From positions 1 to 42,829 of the IMG/VR virus record IMGVR_UViG_3300048589_000489: a DNA stretch of 42,829 bases; one strand, 5' to 3'. The position numbers and the translations under genes were made by a program. The stretch's first letter is position 1, and each line of letters begins with the position of its first letter. Of this stretch, positions 17,678-25,378 are shown piece after piece. Below the pieces are notes generated by a model. It was not told the origin of the DNA, did no database searches, and saw only the letters and a program-made list of their open reading frames with translations. The DNA is from a virus.

Positions 17678-17878
17678 TTATGCGTTGGTAGGTGTGTAGC
17701 CTACTTCTCCGCCGTTCCCGCCTGTGGCTTTTATAATTCCGTTTATGAAAATCTGCTTTGCCATTATGATTGTCATTGGTTGGGTATAGTTACCTGGCGG
17801 TAGGTCTCTCCCCGTTTTTTTCTTGTAGTCTTTTCTGGCTCTTACGCAACGCCAGCAGTGTTTATTGTTACAAATCAT
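17678..17878 (-). CDS. Hypothetical small Cys-rich protein
   Basis: 66 aa (CNNKHCWRC). Strong RBS AAGGAGG before the ATG. Confidence 0.6.
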   Translation of the reverse strand: MICNNKHCWRCVRARKDYKKKTGRDLPPGNYTQPMTIIMAKQIFINGIIKATGGNGGEVGYTPTNA

Positions 17879-18043
17879 CTTGCCTCCTTAGTTTGTTAGC
17901 TGGGCTAGTGGCGGGGCGGTGTGTAGGTCGATCTACAAAGAAGTTGTAGGTTAGCCCTGATGCCCCCAGGTGGTCGACTCTGCTTTACCCTCTGCCTACA
18001 CGCATACGAGGTGGGTCTTGTACCGTTGTCCCCGCTCACTAGC
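17879..18043 (-). other. Structured 165-nt non-coding spacer (candidate cis-regulatory RNA or leader of the late operon)
   Basis: No ORF. Nested complementary segments on the minus strand: GCGGGG/CCCCGC, GTGTAGG/CCTACAC, GTCGA/TCGAC, CTACAA/TTGTAG. Confidence 0.3.
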
Positions 18044-18259
18044 TCAACTAACTGACTTTTCTATTTTTGGACTTTTACAAACGAACTCCCATCCTCCGTT
18101 TACGAAGGCGTATAGGTTCCCTCGCTCACTTATGCCGTGCATGGTGTAGTGTGCATCGCCTTTTACTATCTGCACTATTTTGTCTTCCTCGTAGGCTCTG
18201 CCGTCTCCGCCTGCTCCTCCCGTACTGGCTTGTCCTGCTCCATTTTGTTGTAGTTCCAT
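18044..18259 (-). CDS. Hypothetical protein
   Basis: Track ORF 18044..18277. The internal ATG at 18259 is preceded by GGGGAAAGGA. Confidence 0.55.
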   Translation of the reverse strand: MELQQNGAGQASTGGAGGDGRAYEEDKIVQIVKGDAHYTMHGISERGNLYAFVNGGWEFVCKSPKIEKSVS

Positions 18260-18261
18260 AA

Positions 18262-18408
18262 TTAGTCCTTTCCCCATTCGTTTTTGCTAGCCTTGTCTGC
18301 TGCCTTTAGAGCTGAGATTGCTCCTACGACGAAAACTACTACGGCTAGGAAAATTACTATCAAGGCTTCGATTACCAGGGCTAGTAGTATGTTCGCTAGT
18401 GTGGTCAT
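18262..18408 (-). CDS. Small single-pass membrane protein
   Basis: 48 aa from the ATGA-coupled ATG at 18408: MTTLANILLALVIEALIVIFLAVVVFVVGAISAL... The longer track form (to 18543) overlaps the upstream gene. Confidence 0.55.
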   Translation of the reverse strand: MTTLANILLALVIEALIVIFLAVVVFVVGAISALKAADKASKNEWGKD

Positions 18409-18623
18409 GGTGTCCTTTCTGGGAAGCACTTTTTGTGTACCGCCTCTACGTCTAGCTCCCCCGTCTCCCGTAGGGTGCGTATTTCTTGCACGATAAAACC
18501 GAGTAGGGCGTTTAGCGTTGGGGTCTTCCTCAAGCCGATCCACTGCATACTTATGTTGCGGGCGTTTATGGCGTAGAGTTGCCCCTCGATGGTTTCTAGT
18601 GCTTGTTTTTCTGCGTCGGTCAT
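18405..18623 (-). CDS. Hypothetical protein
   Basis: 72 aa, ATGA-type overlaps on both sides. Confidence 0.6.
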   Translation of the reverse strand: MTDAEKQALETIEGQLYAINARNISMQWIGLRKTPTLNALLGFIVQEIRTLRETGELDVEAVHKKCFPERTP

Positions 18624-18961
18624 TTTTCCTCCCTGAACTTTTGTACCATGGCTATAATGCTGTCGCGTTCTCGCTTATCCCACCAGTTGCCTTGCTCGTC
18701 CATCCAAGCTAGGAACTTTTCAGTATCTCTGCGAAAATCCTCGAACTTGTCGGCTTTGCCTAGGTCTGCCCCTAGTGCTATGGCTGCTTTTTCTCCGCCT
18801 ATAGCTGCTTGGTGTTTTTGTTGCTCGGTTACTCCGTAGGTAGTAGTGTGTAGTAGTCCGTGTACGCTGTCCCAGGTGTTTATGATTACGTGGCTTTTTT
18901 CGTACTTCTCGGCTATCTCTCTGGCTGCCTGGACTGGTACTGGTGTATATTGCTTACTCAT
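18620..18961 (-). CDS. Hypothetical protein
   Basis: 113 aa. Confidence 0.6.
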   Translation of the reverse strand: MSKQYTPVPVQAAREIAEKYEKSHVIINTWDSVHGLLHTTTYGVTEQQKHQAAIGGEKAAIALGADLGKADKFEDFRRDTEKFLAWMDEQGNWWDKRERDSIIAMVQKFREEK

Positions 18962-19391
18962 TTTGACCTCCTGCCCCTAGTTGCAAATTACCACTTTGGA
19001 AATGTTCGAATACGGTGCCTTGCTTGCCCATGACTATGTACGGCAAAAATACTTCCTCTAGCTTTACCATGTCCGTCTCTATGAGGGCTAGCTGTGCGTC
19101 TACCCAATCGTGTAGGTTTTTCCAGGCGGTACGCTCCGCTTGCTTCTCCTGGCTTTGGTTGGGGTAGTTGGTGTCGTACATGATTTTGGCGACGTTGGCT
19201 ACGCGGGCGGGTAGCTGTACGGGTAGCTTGCCCTTACTGGTCGGTATTAGGAACATCATTCCTACTGGCTTGCCGTCGGCGTAGTCGAACATGATTTTTT
19301 CGGCTCCCTTGGCTACTAGCAGGTTTTGTATGTTGGTTATGCTACGGCTAGCTGGTACTTCGCTGGTGTAGTTCTTGATGTTTTTTCTCAT
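18954..19391 (-). CDS. Hypothetical protein
   Basis: 145 aa from the ATGA-coupled ATG at 19391 (MRKNIKNYTSEV...). The R/S-rich N-terminal extension in the track overlaps the upstream gene. Confidence 0.6.
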   Translation of the reverse strand: MRKNIKNYTSEVPASRSITNIQNLLVAKGAEKIMFDYADGKPVGMMFLIPTSKGKLPVQLPARVANVAKIMYDTNYPNQSQEKQAERTAWKNLHDWVDAQLALIETDMVKLEEVFLPYIVMGKQGTVFEHFQSGNLQLGAGGQNE

Positions 19392-19642
19392 GCTGTAAAG
19401 TCCTCTAAGTGTACGGCTCTCTCTAGGTTTTTTATGAGCTTGTCGGCTACTTCGTCCTCCATTGGTACGTCTACCTGAAATGATAAGCTTGCTCGTACTG
19501 GCGTACCTGTTAGCAGGTCGTTGTCCCAATACTCGCAGTAAAAGTCAATCGTCCTGCCTATGGCTTCGGACTTCTGTCCTACTGTCTCCATGTATCGAAC
19601 TTCTAGGCTTAGTCTTTTTTCTACGAGTTTGTGTACTGGCAT
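19388..19642 (-). CDS. Hypothetical protein
   Basis: 84 aa. Confidence 0.6.
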   Translation of the reverse strand: MPVHKLVEKRLSLEVRYMETVGQKSEAIGRTIDFYCEYWDNDLLTGTPVRASLSFQVDVPMEDEVADKLIKNLERAVHLEDFTA

Positions 19643-19648
19643 ACGTGT

Positions 19649-19882
19649 TTAGGCAATATGTATATTGCTTTCCTCTATTTCTAGTATTTTTTGTCCTGCT
19701 GCTTGTGGCTGTCGCTCTACCAGTTTTTGCATAACTTTTTTACTATCCCATCCCCACTCGCCTTGGACTTCTGATATTTTGCATTTCAAAATCCACTTGA
19801 CTATGGTTGGACCGAACTTTTCTCCGTTAGTTACCCACTCCTCTACTAAAAGCGTGATAATGAAAGTTGAATACTCTCCCAT
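19649..19882 (-). CDS. Hypothetical protein
   Basis: 77 aa. Confidence 0.55.
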   Translation of the reverse strand: MGEYSTFIITLLVEEWVTNGEKFGPTIVKWILKCKISEVQGEWGWDSKKVMQKLVERQPQAAGQKILEIEESNIHIA

Positions 19883-19892
19883 AATTTCCTTT

Positions 19893-20564
19893 CTAGGTGG
19901 TTTTCTCTTTCCACCCGCAATTTGTACATACGTTCCAATAGGTTGGTCTGGCTACGTTGTCTACTATGTCGGCTGTCATGCGTCGTTTTATTTCGCCTTT
20001 GGTGCAAATGTGACACCTGACTTTTTTCTTCCTAGCTTTAGCGGTTTTTACCGTGGCTATGTCTTCCTCGGTTGCCTGCTCGAATGGGAAGTCTGCGTAG
20101 GTCGGGTAGTATGGCTCGCTGCCGTACACCTGGGCTACTGTTACCATTTCTTCTGAGCGTTCTACTATGTGGTTTCTGAATGTCCACACTCTGGCGGGTA
20201 TTTGTATCTCTCCTCGCAAAAATTGAGCACCCCGTCTAGTTATTAGCCAGCGTCCCCGCTTGTGCTGTCCGTTCTCTTTTACCTTGGCTATGAGGGCGTG
20301 GAAGCGAAGTTTTGTCCAGTTGCCGTCTTCGTCTTTGGTTAGCTCGTTTTCTGTTCTGTCCATGTCCTTGCGAGGGTTCACGTCGTTTTTACCTGTACGG
20401 ATTACGTGGGCGTACATTTTGGCGAGGGCTGATACCATGCCTGCGGTTATTGCGTGGTTACTTTTTGATAGGCTGGCTTCGCAACAAAGGCAGTTACGCA
20501 GGTCGTTGTCTACCATGAACTCGGTCAATTCGTGTGCTAGTTTTTGAGCTTCTTCTAGGTTCAT
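19893..20564 (-). CDS. Hypothetical protein with two Cys clusters (possible DNA-binding or regulatory protein)
   Basis: 223 aa. N-terminal CLCC, C-terminal CHIC...CTNC zinc ribbon, and a basic central region KLRFHALIAKV...RGRWLITRRGAQFLRG. Confidence 0.6.
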   Translation of the reverse strand: MNLEEAQKLAHELTEFMVDNDLRNCLCCEASLSKSNHAITAGMVSALAKMYAHVIRTGKNDVNPRKDMDRTENELTKDEDGNWTKLRFHALIAKVKENGQHKRGRWLITRRGAQFLRGEIQIPARVWTFRNHIVERSEEMVTVAQVYGSEPYYPTYADFPFEQATEEDIATVKTAKARKKKVRCHICTKGEIKRRMTADIVDNVARPTYWNVCTNCGWKEKTT

Positions 20565-20764
20565 GTTTGGTATGGCTCGGCTTTCGCCACCTCCCGTGTT
20601 ATTTGGTCAATTTCTATTCTGCCTAAGGTTTCCCCCATGGTTTTTGCAAATAGGTGCTTGGACTCGTCGTATCTCTGGGTACCTGGCTCTATTCCGTTGT
20701 ATATGAGTACGGTGTCTAGGGCTGTTACTATTGCTATGGTCTGCTTTAGCATGGCTTCACTCAT
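20561..20764 (-). CDS. Hypothetical protein
   Basis: 67 aa, 4-nt overlaps. Confidence 0.55.
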   Translation of the reverse strand: MSEAMLKQTIAIVTALDTVLIYNGIEPGTQRYDESKHLFAKTMGETLGRIEIDQITREVAKAEPYQT

Positions 20765-20946
20765 AACTCTACTTTCTGGTAAAACCTAGTAGCGGAGCGT
20801 ACCTCTGCCATCCAGATTTTGCCTGCCTTGTACCCTTTTATAGCTCCCCGCCTCATGTTCTTGCGGACGCTGTCCGTCGTTACCTTGAAGTGGTCGGCTA
20901 CGGTAGTTATCGGTACGTATGCTAGTTTTTTGTCTAGTGTTTTCAT
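20761..20946 (-). CDS. Small HTH DNA-binding protein (excisionase/MerR-like fold)
   Basis: 61 aa from the ATGA-coupled ATG at 20946: MKTLDKKLAYVPITTVADHFKVTTDSVRKNMRRGAIKGYKAGKIWM... Confidence 0.5.
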   Translation of the reverse strand: MKTLDKKLAYVPITTVADHFKVTTDSVRKNMRRGAIKGYKAGKIWMAEVRSATRFYQKVEL

Positions 20947-21242
20947 TCTGCGACTGCTTTCGTGTTGTGGTCTATACAGCTTTGGTACCAATCAAACTTT
21001 TCGTTGGGGCTACCTCCGTACTGTTCGGTTAGCCATACCCATCGCTCTGGGGCTAGCTCTTTTTCGTGGTCTCGGTCTGCGTACTCACGGCAAAGTTGTT
21101 TCGTGCGTGGGTCTGCCTCCGTTGGCTTGTTTGGGGTAGTTAGCAGTAGCGTTCCAGCTACTATTCCTACTATAATCACGCCTACTATGTTCAATTTATT
21201 TGATATTGAGTTCGACTGGTTATTGATTTTGCTTTTGGTCAT
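20943..21242 (-). CDS. Single-pass membrane protein
   Basis: ATG at 21242 with AGGA upstream; the track start at 21266 is TTG. TM segment IVGVIIVGIVAGTLLL. Confidence 0.55.
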   Translation of the reverse strand: MTKSKINNQSNSISNKLNIVGVIIVGIVAGTLLLTTPNKPTEADPRTKQLCREYADRDHEKELAPERWVWLTEQYGGSPNEKFDWYQSCIDHNTKAVAE

Positions 21243-21271
21243 TTTAGGTGTCCTGTTGTATTCCAATTTTT

Positions 21272-21475
21272 TTAGCGTCTGACTCCCGCGAATGTTATCG
21301 GGGCGAATCGCTTTCCGTATTTTTTAGCTATCTCTTTTCCGCGTTTGTTTACTACTTCTAGGTAGGGTTTGCACCTTTCCTTGCCTTCGTCGTAGCTCAT
21401 GTTGCCCGAGTTTACTAGGGCTACGATGCTACGTACTGCGGTCATGGCTTCTTGCGGTGTCTGTGGCTGTTGCAT
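21272..21475 (-). CDS. Hypothetical protein (candidate leaderless mRNA)
   Basis: 67 aa with no SD. The promoter-like -10 element ends 8 nt before the ATG. Confidence 0.55.
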   Translation of the reverse strand: MQQPQTPQEAMTAVRSIVALVNSGNMSYDEGKERCKPYLEVVNKRGKEIAKKYGKRFAPITFAGVRR

Positions 21476-21483
21476 ATAGTTGC

Positions 21484-21513
21484 AGTATAGCCCGCTACCG
21501 TGCCATGTGTCGA
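21484..21513 (-). promoter_or_regulatory. Candidate promoter TCGACA-N18-TATACT
   Basis: Minus-strand reading in the 47-nt gap. The -35 element overlaps the one-mismatch 11-mer copy (21502-21512). Confidence 0.35.
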
Positions 21514-21522
21514 GGGGTAGTT

Positions 21523-23082
21523 TTAGGTTTCCGCCTCGGCTTCCATCGCTTCTAGCTCGAAGTACTCGGATAGGTCTATTTCTGGGAATTGGTTGGTTAT
21601 GTCCTTGGGGTTGCCCTTGTAGAACATTAGTACCTTTTCGTGTACCTCGCGGATGTTTGCTGGGTTGCCTTTGTAGAAGGTTAGGACGTTTTGGTGGGTC
21701 TTACCTATTTTTCGGCTGTTGTTGAATATCTTGCCCGCTCGTACTGGCAAGCTGCCGAATGGGGTTATGAAAATGCACTCGTTATAGTAGGCTGCCCCCG
21801 CTTCTTGGAATGCTTCTATGGTATCTGCTATGAAGTTGCGGTAGATACCGTCTTTGAGGCTCCGTATTTCTCCTACTACGAAAATGGCGAAGCGGTCGTC
21901 TTTGAGCTGGGCTACTGCCTTTTTTATGATGGTTTTGTACATCGCTTTGAATTGCGGGTACTCCATGTTACTGAGGTCGGCTGGGTCGTCGCTGTATTTC
22001 TCTAGGTCTGCGTAGGGTGGGCAACTGAAAACTAGGTCATATTTTCCTGCCACGTGTCGGTCTAGCTCTGCTGAGTCGGTTACTATCCACTCTGGAGTTA
22101 CTTTAGTTTGTATGGCTTCCGCCTGTTTGCGGTTCGCTTCTATTTGTTTTTCGCTAAGGTCGCACCCTGTGTAGTGGTAGCCTAGGAAGCCCGCTACTAT
22201 TCCGCGTACGCTTCCGCCTGCGAATGGGTCTAGGATTTTGCCTCCTTCTGGTGTGAACCATCGGTACATCGCCTCGCAGAGTACGGGGTCGAATATGCTG
22301 GTACCGTTCTCCTGGCTGTGGTGTATACCTCGGTCGTGGATTAGCTCTAGGGTTTCTTCTGGGGTTAGCGTTTTACCGTAGGCTTTTTCTAGCTTTTCCT
22401 TGATGTGGTAAAACTGCGGGGTCATTTTTTTACTGTAGATTAGGTTTTCTTCTCTGCCGACTTCGCTTTCTATACCGAGGGCTACCCAATGTTTTTTACG
22501 CTCCTGCCAGTATCCTTTGCGAGCGTCGAGTAGTGAAAAGGGGGGTACTAGGAATCGCTCCTGTAGGCTCGATCTTGCGTCTGCCTCCTCCTGCTCTGGA
22601 CTGACGTTGCCGACGCTGGCTAGGCTGGTTTGTAGTCCTAGGTCTACGCTGAATAGCTCGCGGTTGAGGTCGGGGAGGTCTTCGAGTAGGTCTTTTAGCT
22701 CCTGCTCTATGTAGTAGCCCGCTCGGTCGTTGTCGCTTAGTGCGTATTCGGTGCGTCTCTTTAGGTCGGGGGCTTCTACTTCGCTTACCCATACGCCTTG
22801 CTCGGTCTGACGTTTGAACTCGGTTACTTGGATTTCTTCTACTCCGTAGCGTTGGGCTACCGCTGGTATGCCGTCTTTGGCTATTTCCTGCGTTAGCTCG
22901 TTATACGCTCGGCTCCTCATGTTTCCGCCGATGATTATATTTTCTTTGGTTATGAGGAAGGGCTTGTACTGTCCTAGTGTTAGGATTTGGGTTTTTAGTC
23001 TTATTAGCTCGCGTTTACCAATAGCTCTGGGGTTTTTCTCCCACGGTATGAGATCGGCTAGTGGTCGTAGGTCGCGTAGCAT
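21523..23082 (-). CDS. ParB-like nuclease domain fused to an amino (N6-A/N4-C type) DNA methyltransferase
   Basis: 519 aa. N-terminal DLIPWEKNPR...IIGGNMRSRAY is a ParB N-terminal domain. AdoMet motif ILDPFAGGSVRG is followed by catalytic FSCPPY. Confidence 0.8.
   Translation of the reverse strand: MLRDLRPLADLIPWEKNPRAIGKRELIRLKTQILTLGQYKPFLITKENIIIGGNMRSRAYNELTQEIAKDGIPAVAQRYGVEEIQVTEFKRQTEQGVWVSEVEAPDLKRRTEYALSDNDRAGYYIEQELKDLLEDLPDLNRELFSVDLGLQTSLASVGNVSPEQEEADARSSLQERFLVPPFSLLDARKGYWQERKKHWVALGIESEVGREENLIYSKKMTPQFYHIKEKLEKAYGKTLTPEETLELIHDRGIHHSQENGTSIFDPVLCEAMYRWFTPEGGKILDPFAGGSVRGIVAGFLGYHYTGCDLSEKQIEANRKQAEAIQTKVTPEWIVTDSAELDRHVAGKYDLVFSCPPYADLEKYSDDPADLSNMEYPQFKAMYKTIIKKAVAQLKDDRFAIFVVGEIRSLKDGIYRNFIADTIEAFQEAGAAYYNECIFITPFGSLPVRAGKIFNNSRKIGKTHQNVLTFYKGNPANIREVHEKVLMFYKGNPKDITNQFPEIDLSEYFELEAMEAEAET
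22049..22059 (-). repeat. Copy of 11-mer CGACACGTGGC
   Basis: Exact copy inside the ParB-methyltransferase coding sequence (codons CGA CAC GTG GCA). Confidence 0.9.
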
Positions 23083-23083
23083 A

Positions 23084-23545
23084 TTAGATTGGTACCTCGA
23101 TGTCGTCTTTCGTGTCGTCCTCTGGCACTACGAAGTCGTCGGCTGCGGTGGTGTGGGCTTCTACGTCGCTGGGTCGGTCGGTACCGCCTACGGCTCCCGC
23201 TACTTCTTCGGCAAACTTGTCTTTAGCCATTGGAATTACGCTTGAGGCGTTTACTTCACTGGTGTAGCGTGTCTGTCCGTCCTTCTCGTACTTGCGGTTT
23301 TCTTGTCTGCCTTCGATTGCTACTCGCATACCTTTTACGAGGTTGTTGGCTAGCCATTCGGCTGTTCTGCCCCAGCATACGATACGGTGGAAGGTTGGGA
23401 TGTCTTCGTAGCCGTTGGCTACTTTTACACTGTGGTTGGTTGCGACGCTGAAAGTTAGTACGGGGTTGCCGTTCGGGGTGTAGCGGAGTTCTGGGTCGCG
23501 GGCTACGTTACCTACTAGAAAAATGTGGTTGATACTGAATGCCAT
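23084..23545 (-). CDS. ssb: Single-stranded DNA-binding protein
   Basis: 153 aa. OB-fold pattern NHIFLVGNVARDPELRYTPNGNPVLTFSVA...FHRIVCWGRTAEW...KGMRVAIEGR. Acidic tail ...DDTKDDIEVPI. Confidence 0.9.
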   Translation of the reverse strand: MAFSINHIFLVGNVARDPELRYTPNGNPVLTFSVATNHSVKVANGYEDIPTFHRIVCWGRTAEWLANNLVKGMRVAIEGRQENRKYEKDGQTRYTSEVNASSVIPMAKDKFAEEVAGAVGGTDRPSDVEAHTTAADDFVVPEDDTKDDIEVPI

Positions 23546-23553
23546 AATGCCTC

Positions 23554-23988
23554 CTATGCCCGTTTAGTTATTTTATAGTTACGGTGTATTTTTACTACTT
23601 CGCCGTTTATGTCCTCGATGGTGTTTTCCCCTGTGGTAAGTCGGTACTGGTCTAGGTAGCCGAATAGGGTTAGTTGCTCGTCTTTTAGGTCGGCTTTCAT
23701 TTCTTTGATGTCCTCGGCTACTCCGATGAGGTTATTTTCCTGCATGACGCGGGCTTTTGCTGCCTTCATTTTGTTGCGTAGTTCGCGGGCTTGGTCGTCT
23801 AGCTCTGAGTATTCCTGGTCGTTTTGGAGGGAGTTGTCTATCAGCTCTTTTTTGGCTTTGATTTCTTCTTTTTTACGCTCTACGGTCGCCATGTGTTGTT
23901 GAGCCATACCTACTACGTGCTGGAGGTCGTCCGCTGTAGCTGCTGGTCTGATTATGGCTGGGGGGGTGGTTGGTAGTGTGTGGTTCAT
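23554..23988 (-). CDS. Hypothetical coiled-coil protein
   Basis: 144 aa. Confidence 0.6.
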   Translation of the reverse strand: MNHTLPTTPPAIIRPAATADDLQHVVGMAQQHMATVERKKEEIKAKKELIDNSLQNDQEYSELDDQARELRNKMKAAKARVMQENNLIGVAEDIKEMKADLKDEQLTLFGYLDQYRLTTGENTIEDINGEVVKIHRNYKITKRA

Positions 23989-24046
23989 GGTTCCTTTTTC
24001 CTTATTAGTTATAGCACTTTTCCGTGCCTTTTTACAATGGTAGTTA

Positions 24047-24247
24047 CTAGCCTTCGTCTCCCAAAAAGTCCGCTACTTCGTTGTAGCAGTTTTGACAAAC
24101 TTTTTCTTTTTCTCCCATGAAGTAGAAGGTGTCGCCCTCGAAGATGTCGTCTCCGCATTGGCTACATTCTGCTGGATACATCGCGTCGTAGCTTTTTTTG
24201 TTTTGGAGGTCTCTTGCTAGTAGTGCTTTTATGTCTGGTTCTTTCAT
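24047..24247 (-). CDS. Small zinc-ribbon protein
   Basis: 66 aa, CSQC...CQNC. Confidence 0.6.
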   Translation of the reverse strand: MKEPDIKALLARDLQNKKSYDAMYPAECSQCGDDIFEGDTFYFMGEKEKVCQNCYNEVADFLGDEG

Positions 24248-24309
24248 GCCTGGTTCCTGTTGTATTACGTTAGACTATGCTCCTTTTTATTAGAGCTGTC
24301 GAGAGCTAT

Positions 24310-24522
24310 TTACTGCATTGGTTCGTCTAGCTCTTTACCTATTGGTTGCTTTTCGGCTCCGCGGTTGCTGCGTCCGCCCCGTTCCTTACGGCAAGCTGCA
24401 CAACGGCGGGGGGTTACAAACTTCATTTTTTCGTAGAACTTTTGTTCTCCTGCGGTAAAGTAGAACTCGTTTTGACAGTTTACGCACTCAATTTTAATGT
24501 CGTGATATTGTTTTTCTTCCAT
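24310..24522 (-). CDS. Small zinc-ribbon protein (CxxC...F.F.AGEQ.FY...P.RC..CR pattern)
   Basis: 70 aa, CVNCQNEFYFTAGEQKFYEKMKFVTPRRCAACRKER. Confidence 0.6.
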   Translation of the reverse strand: MEEKQYHDIKIECVNCQNEFYFTAGEQKFYEKMKFVTPRRCAACRKERGGRSNRGAEKQPIGKELDEPMQ

Positions 24523-24534
24523 AGGTTCCTTTTT

Positions 24535-25113
24535 TTAGCCCTCGACTTTTGCCGAGCTTGAGCCTGGCTTTGTCTCCTCTTGGGCGATCATTGATGTTAC
24601 TACGTCCATGGTTTTGGGGGCGTTCTTCAAGAACTCGGTCATTTTCTTGACTTTTTGCTCTGCCATTTCGCGGGCGGTGCCGTCGCCTGCTACTAAAAGC
24701 TGGCGGTTGAATAGCGTGAGGTCTACCTCACTACGCACCATGTTCTCGGTTATTTCGTTTTGAATACCGATGAGGATTTCTTTTCGTGTGAGTGGTCTGT
24801 CTGTATGAAGTAGCATGGTAGCTCCTTTCCTGGTTCCTAATTTGTTTTGTAACTCTGTAAAGTATTGCACTTTAGCGTCAAAATATCCACTAGCTGCCTG
24901 CCTAGCCTGCTCTACGCTTTTGGCTCCTGCTATGCGGATGCCGTCGCGGTACTTCTCTGGTATGGTGAAGTCTCCGCCGTCTCGTAGGCGTTTTATGATT
25001 AGCTCTCCCTTTTTAGTGATATACCCAGCGTAGTACAAAGCTGACGGCGATACTGCCTCATTTTTTCGTTCTCCGCCTTGTTGTGTTCGCATAGGTTGTG
25101 ATGTGTTCTGCAT
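24535..25113 (-). CDS. Hypothetical protein (start uncertain)
   Basis: 192-aa ORF. The first ~38 codons overlap the HNH gene tail out of frame, and no alternative in-frame ATG lies nearby. Confidence 0.55.
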   Translation of the reverse strand: MQNTSQPMRTQQGGERKNEAVSPSALYYAGYITKKGELIIKRLRDGGDFTIPEKYRDGIRIAGAKSVEQARQAASGYFDAKVQYFTELQNKLGTRKGATMLLHTDRPLTRKEILIGIQNEITENMVRSEVDLTLFNRQLLVAGDGTAREMAEQKVKKMTEFLKNAPKTMDVVTSMIAQEETKPGSSSAKVEG

Positions 25114-25378
25114 AATTTTACGGTTCCCTCGAATGTGTGTTCTGCTAGTAGACTACTGCGTTTATCTAGGTGGTGGTAGTCGAGCATTCCTTCTAGCCCG
25201 CAGGGGCTATACTCGCAGTAGGTTATGCCTAGCTCTTTGTATTGCTTGTCGAGCTTTTTCCTTTCCCTGATCCATTCAAGCCCTTTTTTGCCGAGCTGTT
25301 TGATTGGCTGTCGCTGCTTGGCTGGCTTGGCTTTTTTTTTACGTTTTTTCCGAGCTGCTGCTCTTTGGTGTACATCAT
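24999..25378 (-). CDS. HNH endonuclease-like gene interrupted by a -1 frame change at an A9 run
   Basis: An ATGA-coupled ATG at 25378 opens frame 1 (MMYTKEQQLGKNVKKK...), which stops after 49 codons. The -1 frame from the A9 run encodes KAKPAKQRQPIKQLGKKGLEWIRERKKLDKQYKELGITYCEY.PCG..MLDYHHLDKR...KLCRTHHNLCEHN with no start codon of its own. Confidence 0.6.
25332..25340 (-). other. A9 homopolymer at the HNH frame junction (slippage site or homopolymer sequencing error)
   Basis: Nine T on the plus strand. Zero frame reads GTA AAA AAA AAG. Confidence 0.6.

Noticed and set aside
18262-19529. Long track versions of ORFs 18262..18543 and 18954..19529 (also 29156..29815, 25689..26078, 26098..26433, 26890..27237, 20761..20991, 20943..21266)
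   Set aside because: The N-terminal extensions overlap the upstream gene out of frame and are R/S/G-rich. Internal ATGs are either ATGA-coupled to the upstream stop or preceded by strong ribosome-binding sites, so the shorter forms were annotated.
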